From: Clostridia bacterium
Lineage (GTDB): Bacteria; Bacillota; Clostridia; Christensenellales; CAAEEZ01
Assembly: GCA_900755035.1 (NCBI GenBank)
Contig: CAAEEZ010000014.1
Coordinates: 16,863 to 80,862 of the forward strand
DNA length: 64,000 bases
Reading direction: 5' to 3'
A program made the position numbers and the translations under genes. The notes under the pieces are model-generated. The model had not been told where the DNA came from and ran no database searches. It was given only the letters and a program-made list of their open reading frames with translations. Position 1 is the stretch's first letter. Each line of letters starts with the position of its first letter. Below, piece by piece: positions 21,636-29,830 of the stretch.

Positions 21636-23576
21636 ATGAAAGAAAAATATTACGTTACCACTGCGATTGCGTATACTTCGGCAAAACCGCACATTGGTAA
21701 TACCTACGAAATCGTTTTAGCGGATTTGGTTGCCCGCATTAAAAGAAAACAAGGCTACGACGTTTTTTTCCAAACGGGAACTGACGAGCACGGCGAGAAA
21801 ATCGAATTAAAGGCAAAAGCGAACGGAGTATCTCCAAAAGAGTACGTAGACGGCGTAGCAGGTGAAATAAAAAGAATTTGGGACTTGATGGATACGTCCT
21901 ACGATAAATTTATTCGTACTACCGATGACTACCACGAAAAACAAGTACAAAAAATATTCAAAAAATTGTACGAGCAAGGCGATATTTACAAGGGAGAGTA
22001 CAACGGTTGGTACTGCACCCCTTGCGAATCTTTTTGGACTGAGAGCCAACTTGTAGACGGCAAATGCCCAGACTGTGGTAGAGAAGTAAAAATGGCGAAA
22101 GAAGAAGCGTACTTTTTCAAAATGAGTAAGTATGCCGATAGGCTAATGAAATATTACGACGAGAACCCTAACTTTATCACGCCGATATCTAGAAAAAACG
22201 AACTTGTAAACAACTTCTTAAAACCAGGTCTACAAGACCTTTGCGTATCGAGAACGTCGTTTAAGTGGGGTATTCCCGTTGACTTTGACAATAAACACGT
22301 AGTGTACGTATGGCTAGACGCTTTAACTAACTATATCACGGGTATTGGCTACGACTGCGACGGCAATTCTACCGATACGTACAAGCGTTATTGGCCCGCT
22401 AATTTGCATATAATCGGCAAGGATATTATTCGTTTCCACTGCATCTATTGGCCTATTTTCCTAATGGCACTTGGAGAGCCACTTCCAAAACAAATATTTG
22501 GTCATCCTTGGCTATTACAAGACGGCGGAAAGATGAGTAAATCTAAGGGCAACGTAATATACGCCGACGACCTAGTAGATTTTTACGGTGTGGATGCGGT
22601 TAGATATTTCTTGCTTAGCCAAATGCCTTTTGATAACGACGGAATTATCAACTGGGATATCGTTACCGATACTATTAACGGCGAACTAGCAAACGTATAC
22701 GGCAACCTAGTTAAAAGAACTATTGCTATGTGCAACAAGTATTTTAACGGTGTGGTAGAGAATACGGGCGTAACCGAGCCTGTGGACGAGGAGCTAATTT
22801 CCCTTGCTAAGTCTACCAAAAAGAAACTAGAAGAAAAGGTGGATGCTTTCAAAATTGCCGACGCCTTAGCCGACGTATTTACCTTGCTAAGAAGGGCAAA
22901 TAAGTATATTGACGAAACTATGCCTTGGGCTTTATTTAACGACGAGTCTAAGCACGATAGGCTTAAAACCGTGCTTTATAACTTAATTGAAACGATAACT
23001 ATCGCTACGTCGCTTTTAGAGCCGTTTATGCCAAAATCAACTGCCGAAATCCTAAGACAACTAGGAGTAAAAGAAAGGGCGTGGGAAGTCCTTGATAAGT
23101 TCGGCTTGCTAGAAAACGGACATAAAGTTACCGATAAGCCTGAAATCGTATTTAATAGGCTAGACAACAAAGAAATCAACGAAAAAGTTAAGGCTATGTA
23201 CGAGGCGAGAAAACCAAAGGAAGAAAACAAAGTGGAAAACGTGGTAAAGATAGAAGAAATCACGATAGACGAATTTGCTAAGTGCAAGTTTGTGGTAGGC
23301 ACGGTGCTTACTGCCGAAAAGGTGGAAAAGGCTGATAAACTGCTAAAAATGACTATTGACGACGGCGAAAGAGTAAGAACCGTGGTTAGTGGCATTGCAA
23401 AATATTACACGCCTGACGAAATGGTGGGAAAACAAGTGGTGCTCGTTGCTAACTTGAAGCCTGCAAAACTACGTGGTATACTTAGCGAAGGTATGATTTT
23501 GTGCGCAAGCGCTGGGGAAGAATTAGCTTTAGTTGCCCCTATCAAGAAAATGCCTAGTGGTGCAGAGGTAAGGTAA
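21636..23576 (+). CDS. metG: Methionine--tRNA ligase with C-terminal tRNA-binding (Trbp111-like) domain
   Basis: The class I motifs HIGN and KMSKS are present, as is the zinc knuckle CTPCESFW...CPDCG. The C-terminal FAKCKFVVGTVL...KPAKLRGILSEGMIL is an OB-fold tRNA-binding domain. I chose the start at ATG 21636 behind a GGAGG RBS; the ORF track starts earlier at 21594. Confidence 0.95.
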   Translation: MKEKYYVTTAIAYTSAKPHIGNTYEIVLADLVARIKRKQGYDVFFQTGTDEHGEKIELKAKANGVSPKEYVDGVAGEIKRIWDLMDTSYDKFIRTTDDYHEKQVQKIFKKLYEQGDIYKGEYNGWYCTPCESFWTESQLVDGKCPDCGREVKMAKEEAYFFKMSKYADRLMKYYDENPNFITPISRKNELVNNFLKPGLQDLCVSRTSFKWGIPVDFDNKHVVYVWLDALTNYITGIGYDCDGNSTDTYKRYWPANLHIIGKDIIRFHCIYWPIFLMALGEPLPKQIFGHPWLLQDGGKMSKSKGNVIYADDLVDFYGVDAVRYFLLSQMPFDNDGIINWDIVTDTINGELANVYGNLVKRTIAMCNKYFNGVVENTGVTEPVDEELISLAKSTKKKLEEKVDAFKIADALADVFTLLRRANKYIDETMPWALFNDESKHDRLKTVLYNLIETITIATSLLEPFMPKSTAEILRQLGVKERAWEVLDKFGLLENGHKVTDKPEIVFNRLDNKEINEKVKAMYEARKPKEENKVENVVKIEEITIDEFAKCKFVVGTVLTAEKVEKADKLLKMTIDDGERVRTVVSGIAKYYTPDEMVGKQVVLVANLKPAKLRGILSEGMILCASAGEELALVAPIKKMPSGAEVR

Positions 23577-24343
23577 TGATAGATACTCATTGTCATCTTG
23601 ATGATGAAAAATTGTATCTTTCAGCCGGCGAAATTATATCTAAGTTTGACGAGCATAGTATTGAAAAGGTGATAAATGCAGGCGCAAGTTTAGAAGGCTG
23701 TAAACGTAGCGTTAAGCTATGTAATAAGTACGACAAAGTGTACGCTACGGTGGGTATACACCCCGAAGAAGCAACTGACTTTACTAGCGAAGCGAAAGAT
23801 TTTATTATAAAATCGGCAACTAATCCAAAAGTTGTGGCTGTTGGCGAAATAGGGCTTGACTACTACTACGAAGTGGTGGATAGGGCAGTGCAACAAAAGG
23901 TGATGGCTGAGCAAATAGAGATGGCAAAAAGCCTAAAACTACCGGTAGTACTGCACGTAAGAGACGCATTTAAGGACGCCTTAGATATATTGAAGGACAA
24001 TGCAAACAAACTTGATTACGGAGTCGTTTTACATTGCTACTCAGGTAGCCGTGAAATGCTAAGAGAGTTTGACAAATTCGACGTATTCTATTCGTTCGGC
24101 GGGGCAATCACTTTCAAAAATTACGTAAAAGCCGACGTTATTCAGGCTGTAAGACGGGATAGAATAATGCTGGAAACGGATAGCCCGTATCTAACGCCTG
24201 TGCCGTTTAGGGGCAAGGTAAATACGCCGTTAAACGTTACGCTAGTTGCAAATAAAATGGCAGAGATGCTAAGTGTAAGCGTGGACGAGATAGAAAAAAT
24301 AACTACGGAAAACGCAAAAACTATATATAGTAGGATAAGATAA
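23576..24343 (+). CDS. tatD: TatD family metal-dependent hydrolase (YabD-like DNase)
   Basis: The sequence has IDTHCHLD at the N-terminus and later LETDSPYL. The position after metG matches Bacillus, and the start overlaps the metG stop as TAATG. Confidence 0.9.
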   Translation: MIDTHCHLDDEKLYLSAGEIISKFDEHSIEKVINAGASLEGCKRSVKLCNKYDKVYATVGIHPEEATDFTSEAKDFIIKSATNPKVVAVGEIGLDYYYEVVDRAVQQKVMAEQIEMAKSLKLPVVLHVRDAFKDALDILKDNANKLDYGVVLHCYSGSREMLREFDKFDVFYSFGGAITFKNYVKADVIQAVRRDRIMLETDSPYLTPVPFRGKVNTPLNVTLVANKMAEMLSVSVDEIEKITTENAKTIYSRIR

Positions 24344-24939
24344 TGGATACTCTTGTATATGAATTAGACAAAAAATTGTATATTAACCTAACGAATCAAT
24401 GTTCTAACGACTGTGATTTTTGTATAAGAAATCATAGCGACGGCATTGAAGATTATTATTTGTGGCTATCGAAAGAGCCTACTGCAAATGATATTATTAA
24501 CGCCATAGAAGAAAAGGGCGTGGATAATTTTAGCGAAGCAGTTTTTTGTGGCTTTGGTGAACCGCTTTACGCCTTGGACGTAATGCTAGAAGTGGCAAAA
24601 TACCTAAAAGAGCACGGCTACAAAACCAGAGTGAACACGAACGGACAAGCCGATTTGATATGCGGTAAGGGCGTAGCAAAAAGGTTTAAGGGGCTAATAG
24701 ACGTAGTGAATATCAGCCTAAACGAAGCCTCTGCCGACAAATATCAAAACGTATGCCACTCAATATTTGGAACAGAAGGTTACGACGCTATGATAAAATT
24801 TGCTAGCGAAGTGAAAAACTACGCTCAAAAAGTGGTGTTTAGCGTGGTGGATACTATATCGAAAGAAGATATAGAAACTTGCAGAAAAATAGCAGATAGC
24901 GTTGGCGTTGATTTTAGAGTAAGGGAATATATAAAATAA
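24343..24939 (+). CDS. TatD-associated radical SAM protein
   Basis: It has the CX3CX2C motif (CSNDCDFC) near the N-terminus. It is small (198 aa) and translationally coupled to tatD through a TAATG overlap. This matches the TatD-family-associated radical SAM group. Confidence 0.75.
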   Translation: MDTLVYELDKKLYINLTNQCSNDCDFCIRNHSDGIEDYYLWLSKEPTANDIINAIEEKGVDNFSEAVFCGFGEPLYALDVMLEVAKYLKEHGYKTRVNTNGQADLICGKGVAKRFKGLIDVVNISLNEASADKYQNVCHSIFGTEGYDAMIKFASEVKNYAQKVVFSVVDTISKEDIETCRKIADSVGVDFRVREYIK

Positions 24940-24940
24940 A

Positions 24941-24962
24941 AGAGGGAATAACCCTCTTTTTT
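24941..24962 (+). terminator. Rho-independent terminator
   Basis: AGAGGG-AATAA-CCCTCT hairpin followed by T6. Confidence 0.7.
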
Positions 24963-25036
24963 ATCTTAGGTACTTCGGTTTCGTAAGAAACTTCGTCCTT
25001 TGTAATAGTAGTATTAGCAAACGAAATAAAAATATT

Positions 25037-25861
25037 ATGGATATTCGTAAAATATTAAAAGAAAATAATTTTAGGTTTAATCACTCTCTTGGGCAAAACT
25101 TTATAACCGACGACGTTTTGCTTGATAATATCGTAAAAGCAAGCGGAGTAACTAGCGAGGACGTCGTGGTTGAAATAGGCGTGGGCGCAGGCACTTTGAC
25201 TAGACACCTTGCAGACGTCGCTAAAAGGGTGATATCTTTCGAGGTGGACGAAAGCCTAAAACCCGTGCTAAAACAAACGCTAGCGGATAAAGATAACGTA
25301 ACGGTGATATTTAAGGACGTACTTAAAATGACCGATAGCGAGTTAAAAGAAATAATAGGCGAGCCGTTTAAGGTGGTGGCAAATTTGCCATATTACATCA
25401 CTACGCCACTTATTATGCGCTTTTTGGAAAGCAGTTTGACGGTAAAAAGCATTACGGTAATGGTGCAAAAGGAAGTTGCAGATAGGCTAGTTGCTACGCC
25501 AAATACTGCCGATTACGGCGTGATTACCGTTGCAGTTGATTTGCGTGGAGACGCTAGCATAAAAATGGTGGTGGATAAAACCAATTTTTATCCTATGCCA
25601 AAGGTGGACTCTGCCGTAGTTAGAATAGACGTTTACGACAAGTACGGCGGAGTAGACAAACAAAACGTAATGAAACTTGTAAAGTGCGGTTTTGCTATGC
25701 GTAGAAAAGTGCTTACGAATAATTTGAAAAACACCTATAATCTTGACAAAACGGAGTGTGAAAAAGTATTAAGTACGGCGGGATTTAGCCCACAAATTAG
25801 GGGCGAAGCGCTATCGACACAAGATTATATAAAACTATACGAAACTATGAAAAAGATTTAA
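25037..25861 (+). CDS. rsmA: 16S rRNA (adenine1518/1519-N6)-dimethyltransferase
   Basis: Motifs LGQNFI, VVEIGVGAGTLT and NLPYYITTP are diagnostic of KsgA/RsmA. Confidence 0.95.
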   Translation: MDIRKILKENNFRFNHSLGQNFITDDVLLDNIVKASGVTSEDVVVEIGVGAGTLTRHLADVAKRVISFEVDESLKPVLKQTLADKDNVTVIFKDVLKMTDSELKEIIGEPFKVVANLPYYITTPLIMRFLESSLTVKSITVMVQKEVADRLVATPNTADYGVITVAVDLRGDASIKMVVDKTNFYPMPKVDSAVVRIDVYDKYGGVDKQNVMKLVKCGFAMRRKVLTNNLKNTYNLDKTECEKVLSTAGFSPQIRGEALSTQDYIKLYETMKKI

Positions 25862-25864
25862 TAT

Positions 25865-25887
25865 AAGGCTACTTAGTAGCCTTTTTT
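25865..25887 (+). terminator. Rho-independent terminator after rsmA
   Basis: AAGGCTAC-TTA-GTAGCCTT hairpin followed by a T run. Confidence 0.75.
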
Positions 25888-26115
25888 GTTTGGGGAAAAC
25901 GACGTGGTGGTAAGGCGTATTGTTTTGCAAATTACGATACTCGGGTAATATTAGTAGGTAGTAGTTTGGTTGGCTAATGAATATACGGCTTGAATAGGGT
26001 GTGTTGTTTGGTAAACACAAAATCATTTATAAAGTAATATACCATTATACCAACGATTACCTGCATAATGTAATAATATTCTATTCTTTTACATATATTC
26101 AATTTGGAGGGGAAT

Positions 26116-27126
26116 ATGGTAAAGAATTTGATACTAAGTGGCGTAAGCAGTAAAAAATATAACGGTGTAATAAAGATATCCTTAGAGAATAAAACGGTGA
26201 AAACTAACTTGAATTTGCCTAATAAGGAATATACGCTAGTGGTGAAAACCGACGAAATAAGGGTATTTTATCCACTTTTGTCAGGAGAAACCTACAAGGT
26301 AGATTGCAACCTTGACGGCAATATTACGGTGCTAATTGCCGACGGGAAAGAGGGGCTATTGTATGGCAGTCAAGGGGAGAGAATAAAAGGGTACGTTTTG
26401 CTTAGCGAATACAGAAAGGCGTACGACAAAATAAAGGTCAGTAGGCTAGTGAAAATAGACGATAGCGTGCAAAATGACGAAAATACTATAAAGACTGAAA
26501 ACTCATATACGGAAAGTGAGCCACAAATTAAAGATATTAAAAATGACGATACGAACAAGAAAAATGAAAAGAGTAGCAAAAACGACGAAATAATTAGCGA
26601 TACGCCTATTCCAAAAGAAAATGAAAAGGATAGCGAAAATATGCTAGATGAAGCCGTAGAAAAGGGTTGCAAAGAAATAGATTTGGACTTAAATTCGGCA
26701 AGTAACGCCGTAGAAGAGAAAGACGTAGACGTAAAAACACTTAAAAAGAAAGTGGACGAAAGTAAGGAAATAAATGACGAAATAGTATACAAGGGTGATA
26801 ATTTTTATTGTGCAGTTCGCTCGCAACTTGACGAAATTTTCGTGTGTTATCCCGAAGAAAGCAAACTGAAAACGCTAGTGAAAGATTCTAAGTGGGCAAG
26901 AATAGATTACGAAAACGGCTATTACGTCGTGGGCGTTATTAGTGAAAACGACGAAGTAAAATATATTTGCTACGGCATACCGGGGATATATGTAGTAAAA
27001 CCGCCTGCCGAGGTGAAGGATATTGCAAGGTGGCTACCGTTAGATATAAATAAGCCACGAGACGAAGGCTATTGGTTAACCTATCAGGACGCAAAAACGG
27101 GCAAAACGCTGACGAACGATATATAA
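26116..27126 (+). CDS. Hypothetical protein with a Lys/Glu/Asp/Asn-rich central low-complexity region
   Basis: ATG 26116 follows a GGAGGGG RBS. There is an N-terminal beta-rich ~110 aa and a charged ~130-aa linker. The C-terminal domain has YYVVGVISENDEVKYICYGIPG...WLPLD. I recognise no family. Confidence 0.6.
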   Translation: MVKNLILSGVSSKKYNGVIKISLENKTVKTNLNLPNKEYTLVVKTDEIRVFYPLLSGETYKVDCNLDGNITVLIADGKEGLLYGSQGERIKGYVLLSEYRKAYDKIKVSRLVKIDDSVQNDENTIKTENSYTESEPQIKDIKNDDTNKKNEKSSKNDEIISDTPIPKENEKDSENMLDEAVEKGCKEIDLDLNSASNAVEEKDVDVKTLKKKVDESKEINDEIVYKGDNFYCAVRSQLDEIFVCYPEESKLKTLVKDSKWARIDYENGYYVVGVISENDEVKYICYGIPGIYVVKPPAEVKDIARWLPLDINKPRDEGYWLTYQDAKTGKTLTNDI

Positions 27127-27213
27127 TAACGTTATTAAATGTATTATAATCTTAATTAGATAGAAAAAATGGTATTGTATTATGATAAACAATGCGAATA
27201 AATTAAATTATTG

Positions 27214-27882
27214 CTATTCTTTTTCTATTTTATTTTGTAGTTCACTAACTTGCCGTTCTAGTTCAGCAACTCGTTGTTTTAATTTTGTACGTTTTGTCTT
27301 AACCGTTGTAAGTTTGTTAATTATACTTTTGAAATAAATGTTAAATTTAATAACAAGCCTATTGTTTGGAATTTCATTTCTATATACAAACTCAACGATA
27401 AAAGTGATGATGTTTATTAGTAAAAAACAAACAAATAAGTATAGTGAAGCGTGAATAGTAAGGGTGTAATTCGTAGAGTATATTCCAAACGGATTGATTT
27501 GGTAAGTAGTTATAGTATATATCATAGTTGCAAAAATAGGCACGTTTAGAAATAGTAGGAGTAAGTCCATTTTATAATTAGTGCCAAATAACTTCATAAA
27601 TAAAATAAAAGATATGCCGACAAGTGAAATAAGAGTTAACGAGTATAGAGAAATATGCAATGCTACATTGGTTATGAGAGCATCACTAGATAGTTCGCCA
27701 GAAAAAGCAAAATTTATTTGTTTGGCAAAAGTGGAAGTTGATGAAATATCCCAAGGTGGATCAGTAACGAGCAAGGTTACGCTAATTGTATAAAACGGTA
27801 AAAATAGAAATAGGAACAATATAATAAATTGAATTATGACGAAAATAGAATTAAAATATTTGTTTTGTATAATTCTTTTCAT
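27214..27882 (-). CDS. Multi-pass membrane protein with C-terminal coiled-coil tail (paralog 1 of a pair)
   Basis: 222 aa counted from MKRIIQNKYFN, with about 5 hydrophobic segments. The C-terminal tail is KRTKLKQRVAELERQVSELQNKIEKE. It is a paralog of 55048..55602. Confidence 0.6.
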   Translation of the reverse strand: MKRIIQNKYFNSIFVIIQFIILFLFLFLPFYTISVTLLVTDPPWDISSTSTFAKQINFAFSGELSSDALITNVALHISLYSLTLISLVGISFILFMKLFGTNYKMDLLLLFLNVPIFATMIYTITTYQINPFGIYSTNYTLTIHASLYLFVCFLLINIITFIVEFVYRNEIPNNRLVIKFNIYFKSIINKLTTVKTKRTKLKQRVAELERQVSELQNKIEKE

Positions 27883-27910
27883 AAAGATACTTTCCTTGTG
27901 TGGTGTCTTT

Positions 27911-27939
27911 ATTTTATATAAAAAAACATATAAAATCAA
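27911..27939 (-). promoter_or_regulatory. Promoter of paralog 1 (TTGATT-N17-TAAAAT)
   Basis: On the minus strand, TTGATT (27939..27934), a 17-nt spacer and TAAAAT (27916..27911) are followed immediately by AAAGACAC. The same architecture occurs at 54994..55022. Confidence 0.55.
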
Positions 27940-28107
27940 GAAAATAGGAGAAAACTAAGACAATATAGATAAATGTAATATCATTAACAATGACAATAAA
28001 GTTATGGGATATAGCGATAGGTAATATTTGGATTTAGGTTTAATTTATTATACAAAACAAATAAATATATAATAAATAATATCGCAATTATAAATAAATT
28101 ACGTAAA

Positions 28108-28140
28108 ACAAAAAACGAGGGTAGCCTCGTTTTTGTTTTA
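28108..28140 (-). terminator. Rho-independent terminator after ispDF (hairpin usable in both directions)
   Basis: AAAACGAGG-GTAG-CCTCGTTTT hairpin flanked by A/T runs. Confidence 0.6.
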
Positions 28141-28189
28141 TATAACCTAATAGTTGTAATAGGGTATTTATATAGTGGTTACTTGCAAA

Positions 28190-29299
28190 CTATATAATTG
28201 CTTTCACGCTACAAACGGAGTAGCACGCCATACCTTTTTCTTCGCCGATAATACCTAACGTTTCGGTGGTGGTGGCAGTAATTGATATTTTGCTTTCGTC
28301 AATACTTAACCTTTTGGCTAGGTTTTGTCTAATAAGTGGAATAACGGGTTTTAGTTTAGGGCGCTCGGCAAGTATCTCGGCGCTAACGTTATTTACGTAG
28401 TAGCCTTCGCTATGCAATAATTCTATTACCTTGTCAAGTAGTACTAAACTATCGGCGTTTAGGTATTTGTCGTCGTTGTCGGGGAAGTAGTAGCCTATAT
28501 CTCTAAGCCCCACAGCCCCTAAAAGAGCGTCCATAATTGCGTGCGTTAGTACGTCGGCATCGGAATGACCTAATAGCCCTAAGTGGTTAGGTACGTCTAT
28601 TCCGCCGAGTATCAGTTTTCTATTTTCGACAAGTTTGTGTACGTCGTAGCCAACGCCAACCCTAATATCTTGGTCGATATCGTGCCTTGTGGTTATCTTA
28701 ATATTTTGTTCTTCCCCTTTAATTAGGTGGATAGGTTTTACGTATTTATTAAAAAGTACGCCTTCGTCGCCTGCCGTAAGGTCGCTACTTAGTATTGCGT
28801 TTTTGATTAGGCTAGTTTTGAAAGCCTGTGGCGTTTGTATTCGTTTTACGCTACTTCTATCTAGATATTCGCCCGTTTTTACGTAGTATTCGCTGTCAAC
28901 TGCGTCCACGTATGGTATAGCGCTGTCGTAAAGTTTCACTTCGCTAATTAGTCTGTCTATTAGGGCAGTGGTTAAATATGGTCTTGCGCCGTCGTGGATA
29001 AGTACGTAGTCGCTACTCGTTTCGTCAAGGGCGTTCTTAACGCTTTCACTTCGTGTTGCGCCACCAAATACTATACGAATTTTAGGATATTTCTCTTGCA
29101 GTCTTTTTGCTTCGTCGTCGCTGTTTTTAGATGCGACGATAATAACGTCGTTAATTTCGCTATTTATAACGAAGGGATAAACCGACGATTCCAGCGTGGT
29201 AAAACCACTTACTTTATTTACTACGTAAGTAAGTTTGTTTACTCCTTCCATTCTGCTAGAACTGCCAGCTGCAACTACAATCGCCGTAATATTAGTCAT
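28190..29299 (-). CDS. ispDF: Bifunctional 2-C-methyl-D-erythritol 4-phosphate cytidylyltransferase / MEcPP synthase (IspD-IspF fusion)
   Basis: The N-terminal half has the IspD motifs (IVVAAGSSSRM, LIHDGARP). The C-terminal half has the IspF motifs (VGVGYDVHKL, GHSDADVLTHAIMDALLGA). Both lie in one 369-aa ORF. Confidence 0.9.
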   Translation of the reverse strand: MTNITAIVVAAGSSSRMEGVNKLTYVVNKVSGFTTLESSVYPFVINSEINDVIIVASKNSDDEAKRLQEKYPKIRIVFGGATRSESVKNALDETSSDYVLIHDGARPYLTTALIDRLISEVKLYDSAIPYVDAVDSEYYVKTGEYLDRSSVKRIQTPQAFKTSLIKNAILSSDLTAGDEGVLFNKYVKPIHLIKGEEQNIKITTRHDIDQDIRVGVGYDVHKLVENRKLILGGIDVPNHLGLLGHSDADVLTHAIMDALLGAVGLRDIGYYFPDNDDKYLNADSLVLLDKVIELLHSEGYYVNNVSAEILAERPKLKPVIPLIRQNLAKRLSIDESKISITATTTETLGIIGEEKGMACYSVCSVKAII

Positions 29300-29537
29300 T
29301 AAGCACCTCGTATAGTTTGTCGGCGTTTTCCTTTTTTACGTTGTCTTCTACGCTTAGCACCCTAAATTTAAGCGTGCTGTTTTGGTACACTACCTCTACT
29401 ATATCGCCGATTTTTACTTCCTTAGATGGCTTTGCTTGTTTGCCGTTTATAAGTATTCTATCTTTTTCGCAAGCGTCCTTACTTACAGTGCGACGCTTTA
29501 TTATTCTAGATACTTTCAAAAATTTGTCTATTCGCAT
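29292..29537 (-). CDS. S4-domain RNA-binding protein (YabO/Hsp15-like)
   Basis: MRIDKFLKVSRIIKRRTVSKDACE...INGKQAKPSKEVKIGDIV is an S4 domain. I chose the start at ATG 29537 behind a GGAG RBS rather than the longer track ORF. Confidence 0.8.
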   Translation of the reverse strand: MRIDKFLKVSRIIKRRTVSKDACEKDRILINGKQAKPSKEVKIGDIVEVVYQNSTLKFRVLSVEDNVKKENADKLYEVLND

Positions 29538-29637
29538 ATTTTTCTCCAAAAATATTGTAGCACAAAATAGCAAAAATATAAACACTAAAAAAATTTTCAA
29601 AATATTAAAATATTATAATCTAAGGCGATATATTCAC

Positions 29638-29674
29638 TTGACACGCTTGACAATAGGTGTTAAAATATTAAAAT
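29638..29674 (+). promoter_or_regulatory. Candidate tandem sigma-A promoters upstream of rpoB
   Basis: The first is TTGACA (29638..29643) - N17 - TAAAAT (29661..29666). The second is TTGACA (29647..29652) - N16 - TAAAAT (29669..29674). Confidence 0.4.
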
Positions 29675-29830
29675 CTATAATTATACTGATATTTATGCCC
29701 TATTTTACTTTTGGGTAAGGGAAAGGTATAGATTTTAGTAGGGTTTTAGGTGTTATTATCAACAAATTTACAACTAGTTAAAAGCAACTTTGCAATTAAC
29801 GTTTTATTAATTTTAGAAGAGAGGTAAAAT

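Noticed and set aside
25890-26103. An imperfect direct repeat (AGGCGTATTGTTTTGCAAA near 25910 and AGGGTGTGTTGTTTGGTAAA near 25997) and a small hairpin (TGTGTT...AACACA), which might indicate an sRNA or binding sites. There is also a minus-strand 63-aa ORF (25835..26026) with a duplicated NNTPY.
   Set aside because: The similarity is weak (about 14 of 19 positions by eye), and I found no promoter and terminator pair. The ORF overlaps the rsmA terminator and lacks an RBS. I could not support a feature.
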